Assembly: GCA_043825735.1 (NCBI GenBank)
Contig: JBDRRP010000022.1
Coordinates: 1 to 64,000 of the forward strand
Origin: Pseudomonadota bacterium
GTDB lineage: Bacteria > Desulfobacterota > Desulfobacteria > Desulfobacterales > JBDRRP01
Length of the DNA stretch: 64,000 nt
Direction: 5' to 3'
Shown here: positions 19,178 through 29,803 of the stretch, in pieces
Layout: each line of letters begins with the position of its first letter
How positions within the stretch are numbered: the first letter of the stretch is position 1
Notes under the pieces: generated by a model
The model's input: the letters and a program-made list of their open reading frames with translations, nothing else
The model's database searches: none
What the model was told of the DNA's origin: nothing
Program-made: the position numbers and the translations under genes

Positions 19178-20539
19178 ATGGTCCACAGAAAACCAGAAAA
19201 ACCCAGCCTTAGACAGATCCTCGTTATCGCCGTGGTGTTCTGGGCCGTTGTCACCGGTTTCTTCGGTGAATCCCTGGCCAACAACGAAGCGGTGTATAAA
19301 GGGTTAAAAACGTTTGCAGATGTTATAGAAATAATTGAGAAAAGCTACGTAGATCCGGTTGAGCCGGATAAGCTCATCCAGGATGCTATCCAGGGCATGG
19401 TGAGCAGTCTCGACCCCCATTCGTCACTCCTGGAGCCCGCTGAGTACGAAGAGCTGCGCATCGACACCCAGGGCAAATTCACCGGCATCGGGGTCAGCAT
19501 TTCCATTAAAGACGGATTTGTCACCGTAGTGGCGCCTATTGAGGGAACGCCGGCGTTTGAGGCTGGCATCAAGGCAGGGGACAAAATTATCAAGGTCGAT
19601 GATAAGCCTATAAAAAAACTCAAAAATGCCGTTAAGCTGATGCGCGGTCCCAAAGGCTCGATGGTCAAGGTGACCGTCTTGAGAGAAGGGGTCAGCGAGC
19701 CATTGGACTTTACGCTGGAGCGCGACGTCATTCCGATCCAGAGTGTTCGCGGTCTCACCATCGCCCCGGGCTACGGCTATGTGCAGGTGACCCATTTCAG
19801 GGACCAGACCACTGGAGATCTTGAGAAAGCGCTGGAACAAATTGAGAAGGAAAACAAAGGCCTTAAGGGCCTGATTCTGGATCTGCGCGACAACCCTGGC
19901 GGCGTTCTTCCCCAGGCCATCCAGATGTCGGATCTTTTTCTAAAATCGGGGCGCATTCTTTCCATCAAGGGCCGTCTGGAGCAGCACAACAAAACCTATG
20001 ATGCGCACGATGACGCCAACGACCAAATGGCACCCCTGGTGGTGCTTATCAACGGCGGCAGCGCCAGTGCTTCGGAGATCGTGGCCGGCGCTCTTCAGGA
20101 CCACCACCGGGCCATCCTTCTGGGAACCACTTCTTTTGGAAAAGGATCGGTGCAGACCGTGGAGGCCTTGCGAGACGGCTATGCCCTCAAGCTCACCATT
20201 GCCCGGTATTACACGCCGAGCGGGCGCTCCATCCAGGCTAAAGGCATCGAGCCCGATATCGAAGTCCCCTTCATGGTGATCGACCGGGCGGCCAAGCTGG
20301 CCGAAAACCGTTCAATGCTCAAAGAACGGGACCTGCAAAACCACCTGGAAGCCGAGACGGTGGTTGATGAAGAGGTCATCGACGTGGACGAAAAAAAGAT
20401 TCCGGACAAGAAGCCGGCACCGGCCAAGAACCAGCCGCGATTTGGCCCGCTGGATGCTGAGCGGCTGAAAACGGACAGTCAAGTCATGAGGGCACTGGAT
20501 ATCCTTATCGGCTACAACATCCTCCGGGCGGGCGCATAG
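19178..20539 (+). CDS. ctpA: Carboxy-terminal processing protease, S41 family
   Basis: PDZ domain GIGV; LDLRDNPGG, GSASASEIVAGALQD and SFGKGSVQ motifs. Confidence 0.93.
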   Translation: MVHRKPEKPSLRQILVIAVVFWAVVTGFFGESLANNEAVYKGLKTFADVIEIIEKSYVDPVEPDKLIQDAIQGMVSSLDPHSSLLEPAEYEELRIDTQGKFTGIGVSISIKDGFVTVVAPIEGTPAFEAGIKAGDKIIKVDDKPIKKLKNAVKLMRGPKGSMVKVTVLREGVSEPLDFTLERDVIPIQSVRGLTIAPGYGYVQVTHFRDQTTGDLEKALEQIEKENKGLKGLILDLRDNPGGVLPQAIQMSDLFLKSGRILSIKGRLEQHNKTYDAHDDANDQMAPLVVLINGGSASASEIVAGALQDHHRAILLGTTSFGKGSVQTVEALRDGYALKLTIARYYTPSGRSIQAKGIEPDIEVPFMVIDRAAKLAENRSMLKERDLQNHLEAETVVDEEVIDVDEKKIPDKKPAPAKNQPRFGPLDAERLKTDSQVMRALDILIGYNILRAGA

Positions 20540-20544
20540 TCCGG

Positions 20545-21558
20545 ATGGCTGCCAAAAAAGCGGCGCCGCCCTCCAAGCGCTCGAAGAAGAAAAAACGGCC
20601 GTCGAAACCGGAACCGGCGCGAAACCTGAGAAACGGTGTGCTCATTGTCGTGCTGCTCCTGGCCATCACCGGCGTGCTGGCAGTCTTGGGCCACCAATTC
20701 ATCGGGCCGTTTCAGACGGCAGTATTACCGCCGGCACCGCGCATCGCGCCACCGGTCGCATCGACGCCTGAGCGCGCGCCGATACCCTCGGCTAACATGG
20801 TCCATGGCCGGGTGCCGCACTATGAGGTGTATCCGAAAAGCGATATGCCGGCGGAGCGCACCGAACCGGCCCTGCCGGCGGGTAAACCCCGTGTGGCGAT
20901 CATCATCGACGATCTGGGCTACGACCGGCGCCTCGCGAATAAGTTTGCCACCCTGGCGGTGGTGCGCACCTTCTCGGTGTTTCCAAATGGTCCGTTCCGG
21001 ACGCAGACGATGAAAACCGCCGCGGACAACGGTATCGAGCTGATGCTGCACCTTCCCATGGAGCCGGAGGAATACCCGGCGGTGGATCCGGGACCGGACG
21101 CTCTGCTGATGTCACAGACGCCCGATGAATTGATCGGTCGCTTGAACGCACTGCTGGACGGCCTTCCCCTGGCGGTGGGGGTCAACAACCACATGGGCTC
21201 GAGGCTCACCGCAAATGAGGACCGAATGAACCAGGTGTTTTCAGTGCTCAAACGTCGGGGGCTTTTCTTTATCGACAGCCGTACCACTGTTCACACCATG
21301 TGCCGGCAGTCGGCGCGGCTGCTTCAGCTTCCATTCGCCCAGCGGGATATTTTTCTGGACCATGATCAGGATCCGGCCTCGGTGCGTCGCCAGGTGGAAC
21401 GGCTGCTCGCGATTGCCAAAAAACACGGCGAGGCCGTGGGTATCGGACACCCGTATTCGGTTACCTTCGACACATTGAATGACATGACGCCTTCCATGAA
21501 GGCGGCGGCAGATTTTGTACCCGCCTCAGCACTCGTAAGAACCATTCCTTACTCCTGA
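20545..21558 (+). CDS. Divergent polysaccharide deacetylase (YibQ-like)
   Basis: AIIIDDLG, LHLPMEP, GVNNHMGS, FIDSRT and IGHP motifs. Confidence 0.92.
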   Translation: MAAKKAAPPSKRSKKKKRPSKPEPARNLRNGVLIVVLLLAITGVLAVLGHQFIGPFQTAVLPPAPRIAPPVASTPERAPIPSANMVHGRVPHYEVYPKSDMPAERTEPALPAGKPRVAIIIDDLGYDRRLANKFATLAVVRTFSVFPNGPFRTQTMKTAADNGIELMLHLPMEPEEYPAVDPGPDALLMSQTPDELIGRLNALLDGLPLAVGVNNHMGSRLTANEDRMNQVFSVLKRRGLFFIDSRTTVHTMCRQSARLLQLPFAQRDIFLDHDQDPASVRRQVERLLAIAKKHGEAVGIGHPYSVTFDTLNDMTPSMKAAADFVPASALVRTIPYS

Positions 21559-21602
21559 GCGCGATCTTCCGGGGTCGGTTGAAGCGATATTGGGGATCAT
21601 CA

Positions 21603-23636
21603 ATGTCATCCGATAGAGAAAACAGTGCGCCGCCGTCCGGAGATGTCAGTGTTCTGCAGGCCGAGCCATCCACAGGCAACCCGGTCGCCGAGAATCATGA
21701 GTCGTTGCTGGCCAATGTCGGCCACGAGCTGCGAACCCCCATGAACAGCATTCTCGGGTTTGCCGATCTGCTCATGGATATGGATCTCACCGAGGAACAG
21801 CTGTCCTACGTGAAACTGTTGCGCCAGAGCGGCAGCCAGCTGCTGTCCATGATCAACAACATACTGGACTATTCCAAGGCCGCGGCCTCGCGGATCGAAA
21901 TCGACGCCATTGATTTTGACCTGCGGGTGCTGGTGGAGGATGTAGCCTTCTCGCTGGCCATTCAGGCCGAGCAAAAGGGTATTGAGCTGGCCTGCCATGT
22001 GGATGCCGATGTGCCCTGCCAGGTGGTGGCCGACCCTCAGTACCTGCGGCAGATTCTCAACAACCTGGCCGGCAATGCCATCAAATTCACCAACGCCGGG
22101 GAGGTGGTGATCGAGGTCAAGATGCCGACCGGTGAAGCGCGAGGCGATGCCGGTCACGCCATCCTCGAGGTGTCCGTTTCGGACACTGGCATGGGCATTG
22201 CCCCGGATCGGCACGCCCTCATCTTCGAGCGCTTTACCCAGGCAGATCCCACCATCGCGCGACAGTTCGGCGGCACCGGACTGGGTCTCACCATCTCCAA
22301 ACAGCTGGTGCAGCTCATGGGCGGGGACATCCATGTGGACAGCGTTCCGGGTAAAGGCTCCCGGTTCTGGTTTTCACTGCCGGTGGGTATTTCTGCAGAA
22401 ACCGGAAAAACAACCCGCCCGGATCGGCGTGACATCACCGGGCTGCGCATTCTGGTGGCCGATGCCAATGCCACATACCGGCGCATTCTCATGAAGATTC
22501 TCATGAATTTCGGCTGCAGCCCGGTGGCAGTGGGCTCGGGCGCGGCCACCCTGGATGTCCTGGAGCGGCGGCTCACCAAGGGGCGCCCGTTTGACCTGCT
22601 CATCATGGATTTGACGCTGCCCGATATGGACGGGGTTTCGCTCATGGAAGCGATCGGTGCCCGGTCCGAGATGAAAGACCTGCGGCTGATCGTTCTGACT
22701 TCCATGACTCAGCGCCGGCAGGCCCGGCAGCTCGCTGCGCTGGGCTGCCACGGCTACCTGACCAAGCCGGTGCGCGAGAACCTTCTTGGTGATGTGATTC
22801 GCGAGGTGGTGAGCCGCGGCGACGCCCCGGAGGCCGCCGGTCCCCTGGTCACCCGTCATAGCGTTGCCGAGCGCAAATTCAAGGGGATCCGGGTGCTGCT
22901 GGCCGAGGACAATCACATCAACGCCCAACTGTTCAGAAAAGTGCTCACCAACAGCGGCTACAGCGTCGTCATCGTGTCCGATGGTGAAAAGGCCGTGCGC
23001 GCCATTGAGCGGGAAACCTTTGATCTGGTTCTCATGGATGTCCAGATGCCGCGTCTGGACGGGCGGACGGCGACCCGGCAGATTCGGGCCATGGCGGCTG
23101 GCGGCGCTCGAGTGCCCATCGTCGGGCTCACGGCCAGCAGCCTGAAATCGGACTGCGAAGCGTGCCTTGCCGCCGGAATGGACGCCGTTGCCTCCAAACC
23201 GATCCACCCCCGGGATCTCATCGAGATGGTGAGCGACATCCTTACGCGCAACGGTGGCGCGCCGCCGGTGTGCACGCCGGCGCCCGCAGCCGTGCCTTCG
23301 CCCGTGGATGTCGTCCAGGCCCTGGAGCGCGCGCTGGGCGACCGGTCTTTTCTCCGGGAACTGATGGATGTCTTCGTTCGCAGTGTCGATGACCAGCTGC
23401 TGGCCCTGGACGTGGCCCTGACAGCCGGCCGCTTGGATACAGCGCTGGAGATCGCCCACAAACTCAAGGGCTCGTCCGGCAACCTGTGCGCTACCGGGAT
23501 TCACGGGCTGGCCCGGCAGATGGAGGCCGCCGCCCTTGACGGGCGAAATGCCGATGCCTGGCGGCTGCTGGCAGTTTTGAAGCAGGAAGCCGGTCGCCTG
23601 AAGGCGTTTGTTGCCGGTGAGGACTGGATCGATTAA
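21603..23636 (+). CDS. Cytoplasmic hybrid histidine kinase (HisKA-HATPase-REC-REC-HPt) lacking a sensor domain
   Basis: GHELRTPMN about 40 aa from the start; NLAGNAIKFT, DTGMGI, GGTGLGL; two REC domains; HPt motif AHKLKGSS. Confidence 0.9.
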   Translation: MSSDRENSAPPSGDVSVLQAEPSTGNPVAENHESLLANVGHELRTPMNSILGFADLLMDMDLTEEQLSYVKLLRQSGSQLLSMINNILDYSKAAASRIEIDAIDFDLRVLVEDVAFSLAIQAEQKGIELACHVDADVPCQVVADPQYLRQILNNLAGNAIKFTNAGEVVIEVKMPTGEARGDAGHAILEVSVSDTGMGIAPDRHALIFERFTQADPTIARQFGGTGLGLTISKQLVQLMGGDIHVDSVPGKGSRFWFSLPVGISAETGKTTRPDRRDITGLRILVADANATYRRILMKILMNFGCSPVAVGSGAATLDVLERRLTKGRPFDLLIMDLTLPDMDGVSLMEAIGARSEMKDLRLIVLTSMTQRRQARQLAALGCHGYLTKPVRENLLGDVIREVVSRGDAPEAAGPLVTRHSVAERKFKGIRVLLAEDNHINAQLFRKVLTNSGYSVVIVSDGEKAVRAIERETFDLVLMDVQMPRLDGRTATRQIRAMAAGGARVPIVGLTASSLKSDCEACLAAGMDAVASKPIHPRDLIEMVSDILTRNGGAPPVCTPAPAAVPSPVDVVQALERALGDRSFLRELMDVFVRSVDDQLLALDVALTAGRLDTALEIAHKLKGSSGNLCATGIHGLARQMEAAALDGRNADAWRLLAVLKQEAGRLKAFVAGEDWID

Positions 23637-23770
23637 GCCATTGCGGCTGTTACCGAAGACGGAACCGAGCTGTCGGGGCTTGACAAACGCGCCGGTTTCC
23701 TTCTCATATAGTGGCTGCCTAAAGGCCTGCCACGGTCTTTTTCACCTGAAACGCCAATTTGTGAGTGCCA

Positions 23771-24955
23771 ATGCCCCTCCGTACGGTACTGTTTGTAGAT
23801 GACGAGCGCATCACGCTTTCGGCCCTCCAGCGGCTCTTTCGGGCGGAGCCCTATCGGGCGCTGTTTGCCGCCAGCGGCAGCCAGGCGCTTGAAGTGCTGG
23901 AGTCGGAGCCGGTGGACGTTGTGGTCACCGACATGATGATGCCTGAAATGGACGGCCTGACCCTTCTGGACTGGGTGCAGGCCGAATACCCGGACAGCAT
24001 CCGGGTGATCATGTCGGCCGTAAATGACACCGACAGCCTTCTCGAGGCGATCAATCGCGGCAGCGTCTACCGGTATATCGTCAAGCCCTGGAATGCCGAG
24101 GATTTCAAAATTACCGTCCGCCAGGCCGTGGAGTTCTTTGAGATTCAATCAGAGCGAAACCGGCTGCTGGCCGATCTGGAAAGCGCCAACCACCTGTTAA
24201 GGGCGCGGATTCAGCAGCGCACCGACCAATTGATGGATCTTTACAATCAGGCCGAGATCGGCAAGTACGCCTCTCACATCGTCCATAACCTCAACAGTCC
24301 GCTCCAGGCTATTTTTGGCGCCCTGGAACTATGCCGGATGGCTGTCAACCGTGAGCCTCCGGACAAACGCGACGTTCTTGCGCTCCTGGACCGCATCGAT
24401 CAACGGGCCGACCATCTGGCTCAGATCGTTCGCACCATTTTGCTTCACGCCAGGGATGATGCCCTTCACCACCATGACCGACTGGACCTGAACGCCATCC
24501 TCGAAGACGAGGTGGCCTTTTTTGAACTGGATGCCAACTTTAAAAAAGGGATCCAGCGCCGCCTTAACCTGGACACGGCCCTGCCCCCCATCATGGGCAA
24601 CGCCGCCCAGATCAAGCAGATCATCCACAACCTGGTCTCAAACGCGGTGGACGCCATGGACGCCTCAAAGGAGAAGGTGTTGACGGTGGCCACGGCCACG
24701 GAGGCCGACTGGGCAGAGATTATCATTGGCGACACCGGTGAAGGCATCGCCCCCGAGCATCTTCAGAAAATATTCTCACCGAATTTTACCACAAAGCCCC
24801 CCGGCAAGGGGACAGGTCTCGGTCTGGCCAGCGTGCGCACCATGGCCAACGCCTACGGTGGCGAGGTTCTGGTTCGCTCTGCACTGGGCCGCGGCACTAC
24901 GGTGACCGTGAGACTGCCGGCCGTTATCGACCCGGCTGTCGGCGCTTTGACCTGA
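23771..24955 (+). CDS. REC-histidine kinase hybrid
   Basis: N-terminal REC (LFVDDE, TDMMMP, KPW); H-box HNLNSPL; NAVDA, DTGEGI and GKGTGLGL motifs. Confidence 0.9.
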   Translation: MPLRTVLFVDDERITLSALQRLFRAEPYRALFAASGSQALEVLESEPVDVVVTDMMMPEMDGLTLLDWVQAEYPDSIRVIMSAVNDTDSLLEAINRGSVYRYIVKPWNAEDFKITVRQAVEFFEIQSERNRLLADLESANHLLRARIQQRTDQLMDLYNQAEIGKYASHIVHNLNSPLQAIFGALELCRMAVNREPPDKRDVLALLDRIDQRADHLAQIVRTILLHARDDALHHHDRLDLNAILEDEVAFFELDANFKKGIQRRLNLDTALPPIMGNAAQIKQIIHNLVSNAVDAMDASKEKVLTVATATEADWAEIIIGDTGEGIAPEHLQKIFSPNFTTKPPGKGTGLGLASVRTMANAYGGEVLVRSALGRGTTVTVRLPAVIDPAVGALT

Positions 24956-25007
24956 TCGAAGCCGTCGCTTCACATCGCAATCCTTGTAAACAACCCGGTG
25001 CTACCGC

Positions 25008-25934
25008 TCAGATTTCAGGGCCACGCCCGATGACTGCGACCCAGTCATCAAGGGCGCGGACCGCCAGGATGTCCAGGCCGTGATCGGCCATGGCCGCCAG
25101 TACGGATTCCTGATTTTTTTGGACAATGCCCGAGAAGATGAGGCACGCCCCAGGGGCGCAGACCATGGGGATCTGTGGCAGGAGACGGATGACGACGGCA
25201 GAAAGGATGTTCGCAACCACCAGGTCATAGCGGCCCGACACGGCCCCGGCGAGATCGCCTTCACGCAGCTCAAACCGGTCTGCCGGAACGTCGTTGCGGC
25301 TGAGATTTTCCCTGGCCACGGTGACGGCAACCGGGTCCAGATCGATTCCCAGTCCGGTGCGGGCACCGAGTTTTGCCGCCGCGGCCAGCAGAATGCCGCT
25401 GCCGGTGCCTACGTCAAGGACGCGCATACCTTCGGTGACAAGGTCTTCCAGGGCCTGGACGCACAGCATCGTCGTGGCATGGCTGCCCGTTCCGAAGGCC
25501 ATGCCGGGATCGAGCTCGATAACAAGGTCCTCGGCCTCGGGGGCGTAGTTTCGCCAGGTGGGTTTGACCACGATCCGGCGTCCCATCTTTATGGGCCAGA
25601 AGTGCTCTTTCCAGGATTCGGCCCAGTCCTCCTCGTCCACGGATTTTTCGGAAAGGCGGCAGCGGATTCCGTTTCGGCGTTCCAGCCCTTTTAAGAGCAG
25701 CACCAATTGTTCACGCCGTTCCAAAAAGCGCACATCGGCGGCCAGGTAGCCGCGTACGGCATCGTGGGCCGGCGGTGGCAGGGCATCGTCGCCCCAGTCG
25801 GCGTCCGTATCCAGCCGGGGGTCGTCGATGATTACCCCTTCCACGCCGATCTCGCCAAAGGCCTCGGCAATGAGCTCGGCCGCCGCTTCCGGCTCCGGCG
25901 CGTCGAAGCGCACCCGCACTTCCATCCAATTCAT
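25008..25934 (-). CDS. prmA: Ribosomal protein L11 methyltransferase
   Basis: EEDWAESWKEHF, DPGMAFGTGSHATT, LDVGTGSGIL and VVANI motifs; start ATG 25934. Confidence 0.96.
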   Translation of the reverse strand: MNWMEVRVRFDAPEPEAAAELIAEAFGEIGVEGVIIDDPRLDTDADWGDDALPPPAHDAVRGYLAADVRFLERREQLVLLLKGLERRNGIRCRLSEKSVDEEDWAESWKEHFWPIKMGRRIVVKPTWRNYAPEAEDLVIELDPGMAFGTGSHATTMLCVQALEDLVTEGMRVLDVGTGSGILLAAAAKLGARTGLGIDLDPVAVTVARENLSRNDVPADRFELREGDLAGAVSGRYDLVVANILSAVVIRLLPQIPMVCAPGACLIFSGIVQKNQESVLAAMADHGLDILAVRALDDWVAVIGRGPEI

Positions 25935-26166
25935 GATCCGGCTCCTTTGCGGCTGTTGATATTGTATGGGCCGCATGTGGCGCATTCTTGGCGCCTGGGA
26001 CAAGATAACTGCTCCCGGCGTGGTTGCAACCGGCGGCGAAAACGTGAGGGCCGATGCAGGGACACTGATCGTAACCGCATCTTCGGCTGTATTGCAAGAG
26101 AGATACCCCGCCTTCGACAAGCCCGGCAAATTGAGGTATGGAAGGCCTTCAGCGAACGGATTTTTT

Positions 26167-28320
26167 ATGACACCGGACTCGGATAACAGGGTAAAAATAC
26201 ACCAGCGCACCGCCGAGCGAGCAGCCTTGACGGCAATCGGCGCGACCGTGCTGCTGATGGTCTGCGCCGTCTTCGCCCCCAAGCAGGGGATGGAGGCCAT
26301 GGTGTTGCTGATTCCCATGTACGTCGCGTTTTTGGTACATGTGGTCTGCACCCTGATAGCGCTCATTGCGGCCCGCCGCAGCGGCCGGCACACCAGAAAC
26401 GCCTGGATCTACAGTTATTTTTTTATTTTCTGGAGCGTCTGCGGATATTATTTTGTCACCGTCAACGCACTGGACGTCGCTGCCCATCGTCTGCTTCACG
26501 AAGCCACCCGGTCCGCAGACACCGCGCTTTACCGGATCGTGACGCAAAGCAGCTATGCAACATCCGGTGGGGCCTCCTTTGGACCGGCGCAGCGGGAGCG
26601 GGCGCTGAGCCTGATCCGCGATGGTGCGGATGTGAACTACACCCCACCCGGACGCGGCGTGCCGATGATTTCAATGGCCGCCCGCTCGGGGGATCCCGTC
26701 CTGGTGGCGGCGCTCCTGGATCACGGCGCCGCGGTGCCGGCCCCGGGGACCGGGGTCTGGACGCCGCTGATGGCCGCCACAACCGGAGACCACCCCGCGG
26801 CGGTAACGCTGCTGATACAACGGGGCTCCCGGCCGGACGATCCGGCATACAATTCCGTCACGCCCCTTTCAGAGGCCGTTCAAAATGGACGCCACCGGGT
26901 GGCGGAAGCACTGCTCGAGGGCGGTGCCAATCCGGATTTCCATGCGCGTGACAGTGCTCCGCCGCTGATTATCGCCGCCACCCGCGGCGACGGCGCCATG
27001 GTGAAGCTGCTGTTGGATGCCGGCGCCGACCCCAACCGCATCGTTTTTGGCCAAACCACCGCCATGCTTCGTGCTGTTGAAAAAGGATGCATCGACTGCG
27101 TGGCCCACCTGGCGGCGGCCGGCTGGCGGCCTGTGGGCCGTGATCGTTCGGGCCGATCGGCGCTGGCGCTGGCGATGGCCGGCGGACAGGACGCGATGTT
27201 TGAGCAAATGCTCACCGCAGCCACGTCCGGAGATGCCGGAATGCCGAATGAAAGGTTCACCGAAGACCTGCTGGAAGCCGGGCGCCTGGCGGCGTGGGAC
27301 ATGATGCGGCGTTTGGTGGCATCGGCCCCAAAGCGCTCGGGCATCCTGGACAGCGCCCTGCTGAGCGTGGTCGGGCGGCGTTACCGTGAGCCCTTGATGT
27401 CGCCGTCTGCGGAGATTTTGACGGCGCGGGCGATCATCGAAAACGGCGCCGATATCAACGCCGTCGACAACCGGGGATACACGGTGCTCATGTGCGCTGC
27501 CGAATCCGGTGCAGACGGACTGGTGCGACTGCTCATTGCGCAGGGCGCTCGGGTCGCTGCGACGGCCACAGATGGCCATTCAGCGCTGTCGCTGGCGGTC
27601 TGGAAGAAACACCCGGCGGTGGCGGAGATACTCCTTCAAGCCAGTGCCGATCTATCAACCGGTGCCTCCTCCTACCAGTTGCTGATGGATGCTGTCAGCA
27701 GTCAAAATCCGGGAATGGTCAAATTGCTGCTTGACGCAGGAGGGAAAATCCCTTCCGCCGAAGACCGCATCTCCCTGTTCGAGCGGGCCGCCAAATCACC
27801 GGAAACGCTGCGGCTGCTTGCCGGGGCCGTCGCCGATCTCGATGTTCAGGATCGCTACCGGGGTTCGCCGCTGAGCGTCGTCGTCAAACGGGGCTCTGCC
27901 GAGAGCATGCGGGTCATGATCGACGCCGGTGCCCAGCCCTGGGAGGAAGGCGGTCGCGGATTCAATGCCTTTCAGTGGTTTGCCGAAAACGGGAACGCAG
28001 ATCTGTTGCACCGCTGCCTGACACGCCATCCTGAATTGCGCACGGATTCGGAGCGGATGAGACAGGCCATGTACCGGGCCATCCGCAGCGGCCAGGTGGA
28101 CGCGGTGAGGACACTTCTGGGCTATGCTACGGTATACAGCCGGATGGCCGAAGTGAACGCCATTCTGGAATGGACCACTGCACCACCCGGGCATCCGGAT
28201 GCCCGGGTGGAAATTCGGCGCTTGTTTGCGGAGCGCCTGGTCGATAACGGCGCTGCGACGGCAAGCGCGCGCAGCACTGCCATTCTGGTGGTGGTGCCAA
28301 AGAAATCTGAAGGGCAGTGA
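26167..28320 (+). CDS. Membrane-anchored ankyrin repeat protein
   Basis: Three N-terminal hydrophobic segments, then many ankyrin repeats (TPLMAA..LLIQRG, TPLSEAV..LLEGGANPD, GADINAVDNRGYTVLMCAA). Confidence 0.88.
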   Translation: MTPDSDNRVKIHQRTAERAALTAIGATVLLMVCAVFAPKQGMEAMVLLIPMYVAFLVHVVCTLIALIAARRSGRHTRNAWIYSYFFIFWSVCGYYFVTVNALDVAAHRLLHEATRSADTALYRIVTQSSYATSGGASFGPAQRERALSLIRDGADVNYTPPGRGVPMISMAARSGDPVLVAALLDHGAAVPAPGTGVWTPLMAATTGDHPAAVTLLIQRGSRPDDPAYNSVTPLSEAVQNGRHRVAEALLEGGANPDFHARDSAPPLIIAATRGDGAMVKLLLDAGADPNRIVFGQTTAMLRAVEKGCIDCVAHLAAAGWRPVGRDRSGRSALALAMAGGQDAMFEQMLTAATSGDAGMPNERFTEDLLEAGRLAAWDMMRRLVASAPKRSGILDSALLSVVGRRYREPLMSPSAEILTARAIIENGADINAVDNRGYTVLMCAAESGADGLVRLLIAQGARVAATATDGHSALSLAVWKKHPAVAEILLQASADLSTGASSYQLLMDAVSSQNPGMVKLLLDAGGKIPSAEDRISLFERAAKSPETLRLLAGAVADLDVQDRYRGSPLSVVVKRGSAESMRVMIDAGAQPWEEGGRGFNAFQWFAENGNADLLHRCLTRHPELRTDSERMRQAMYRAIRSGQVDAVRTLLGYATVYSRMAEVNAILEWTTAPPGHPDARVEIRRLFAERLVDNGAATASARSTAILVVVPKKSEGQ

Positions 28321-28330
28321 GCAACAGCGC

Positions 28331-29773
28331 ATGAAGACCCGGGCAATCATACTGTTATTCACTATTTTGGGGGTAGTCGTCGGCTCTGCCGGTGCGGCTT
28401 TTGGCGGGGAATATCTCCAGATGGCGGGACTCATCGATACCCGCACCACTTTCAGCGATGGGGCCATGAGCGTCGAGGCCCAGGCCGATCTCGCCCATGG
28501 ACGCGGCTTCGACGCCCTGTTTATTACCGACCATGACATTTTGGCCATGGCCTACGGTCTGCCGCCATTTCGACATGTCTTCCAGGTCAAGAAACAAAAA
28601 AACGCCCTTCGAATCAGCGGGCCCGAGGCCTATCTCACGGCCATTGCCGCCGCGCAGCACAAATACCCCGACCTGCTCCTGGTGCCCGGCTCCGAGTCGG
28701 TGCCCTACTACTATTGGAGCGGCTCCTATTTCAGTGGGGATCTTACCGCCAATGACCACGAAAAACGTCTGCTGGCCATTGGCCTGACCGCCCCATCGGA
28801 CTATGAAGACATGCCGGTGATCCACAACCGGATGTCAACCCGGTACCTGAAGGCGCGTCTTCCCTTCATCCTCATATTTTCAGGCGCGCTGCTGCTGGGT
28901 GTTTATATCGCCACCTGGGGCGGGTGGTATCGCTGGGCCGGACTCGGTGTGGGGGCGGTGGCGCTGCTCATGATCATCAACACCAATCCATTTGCCAGCG
29001 CGCCTTACGACCAGTACATGGGCAATCAGGGGATCGCCCCCTACCAGTACTATATCGACTATGTGAGTGCCCGCGGCGGGATGACCTTCTGGAACTATCC
29101 GGAGACGCGCTCCGGGGTTCGCGCGTATGGCCCCATTCAACTCAATACCCCTTCCTACCCGGAGGTTCTGCTCCAGGCCCGCGACTATACCGGTTTTGCC
29201 GCCGTCTATGGCGACACCATTACCGTTACAGAGCCGGGTCGCCAGTGGGATCAGGTCCTTGCCCAATACTGCCGCGGAACCCGCTCTCGGCCCGTGTGGG
29301 GCATTGCCACGGCCGATTTTCATGAGGACGGCGGCGCCGGAGAACGGCTGGGCAACTATCCCACTGTGTTTCTGGTCCGGGAAAAGACCCGGGCCGAGCT
29401 GCTTTCGGCCATGCGGGCGGGCCGGATGTATGCGGTGCAGGGGTCTTACCCGCAGCGTCTGGTGCTTGACGATTTCAGTGTTACCGGATCCGGCGGCGGC
29501 CCCCATGGGACCCTGGGAGAGGACATTGCGGTGCAGGGCAGCCCTCAGATCCAAATTGCCCTGTCGCTGAAACAGCCTGGGGCGGGAACGGTGTCGGTGA
29601 CTGTCATTCGGGATGGGACAGTGGTTGAAACCCTCAGCGGACCCTTGCCGCTGGCGGCGGCCATCACCGACGAGGCTTGCCCCCGGGGCGAAAAAACCTA
29701 CTACCGCCTGATGGCCAATGGGCATGGGGCCGGCGTCGTGGTGGCCAATCCCGTTTTCGTCACGGTGCGTTGA
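28331..29773 (+). CDS. PHP-like metal-dependent hydrolase, exported and membrane-associated
   Basis: Signal peptide; GLIDTRTTFSDG, LFITDHD, GSES and ATADFH PHP-like motifs; two internal transmembrane segments. Confidence 0.7.
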   Translation: MKTRAIILLFTILGVVVGSAGAAFGGEYLQMAGLIDTRTTFSDGAMSVEAQADLAHGRGFDALFITDHDILAMAYGLPPFRHVFQVKKQKNALRISGPEAYLTAIAAAQHKYPDLLLVPGSESVPYYYWSGSYFSGDLTANDHEKRLLAIGLTAPSDYEDMPVIHNRMSTRYLKARLPFILIFSGALLLGVYIATWGGWYRWAGLGVGAVALLMIINTNPFASAPYDQYMGNQGIAPYQYYIDYVSARGGMTFWNYPETRSGVRAYGPIQLNTPSYPEVLLQARDYTGFAAVYGDTITVTEPGRQWDQVLAQYCRGTRSRPVWGIATADFHEDGGAGERLGNYPTVFLVREKTRAELLSAMRAGRMYAVQGSYPQRLVLDDFSVTGSGGGPHGTLGEDIAVQGSPQIQIALSLKQPGAGTVSVTVIRDGTVVETLSGPLPLAAAITDEACPRGEKTYYRLMANGHGAGVVVANPVFVTVR

Positions 29774-29803
29774 GTGACGCTGCCGGCAGGCGGCGGCGGG
29801 CGG

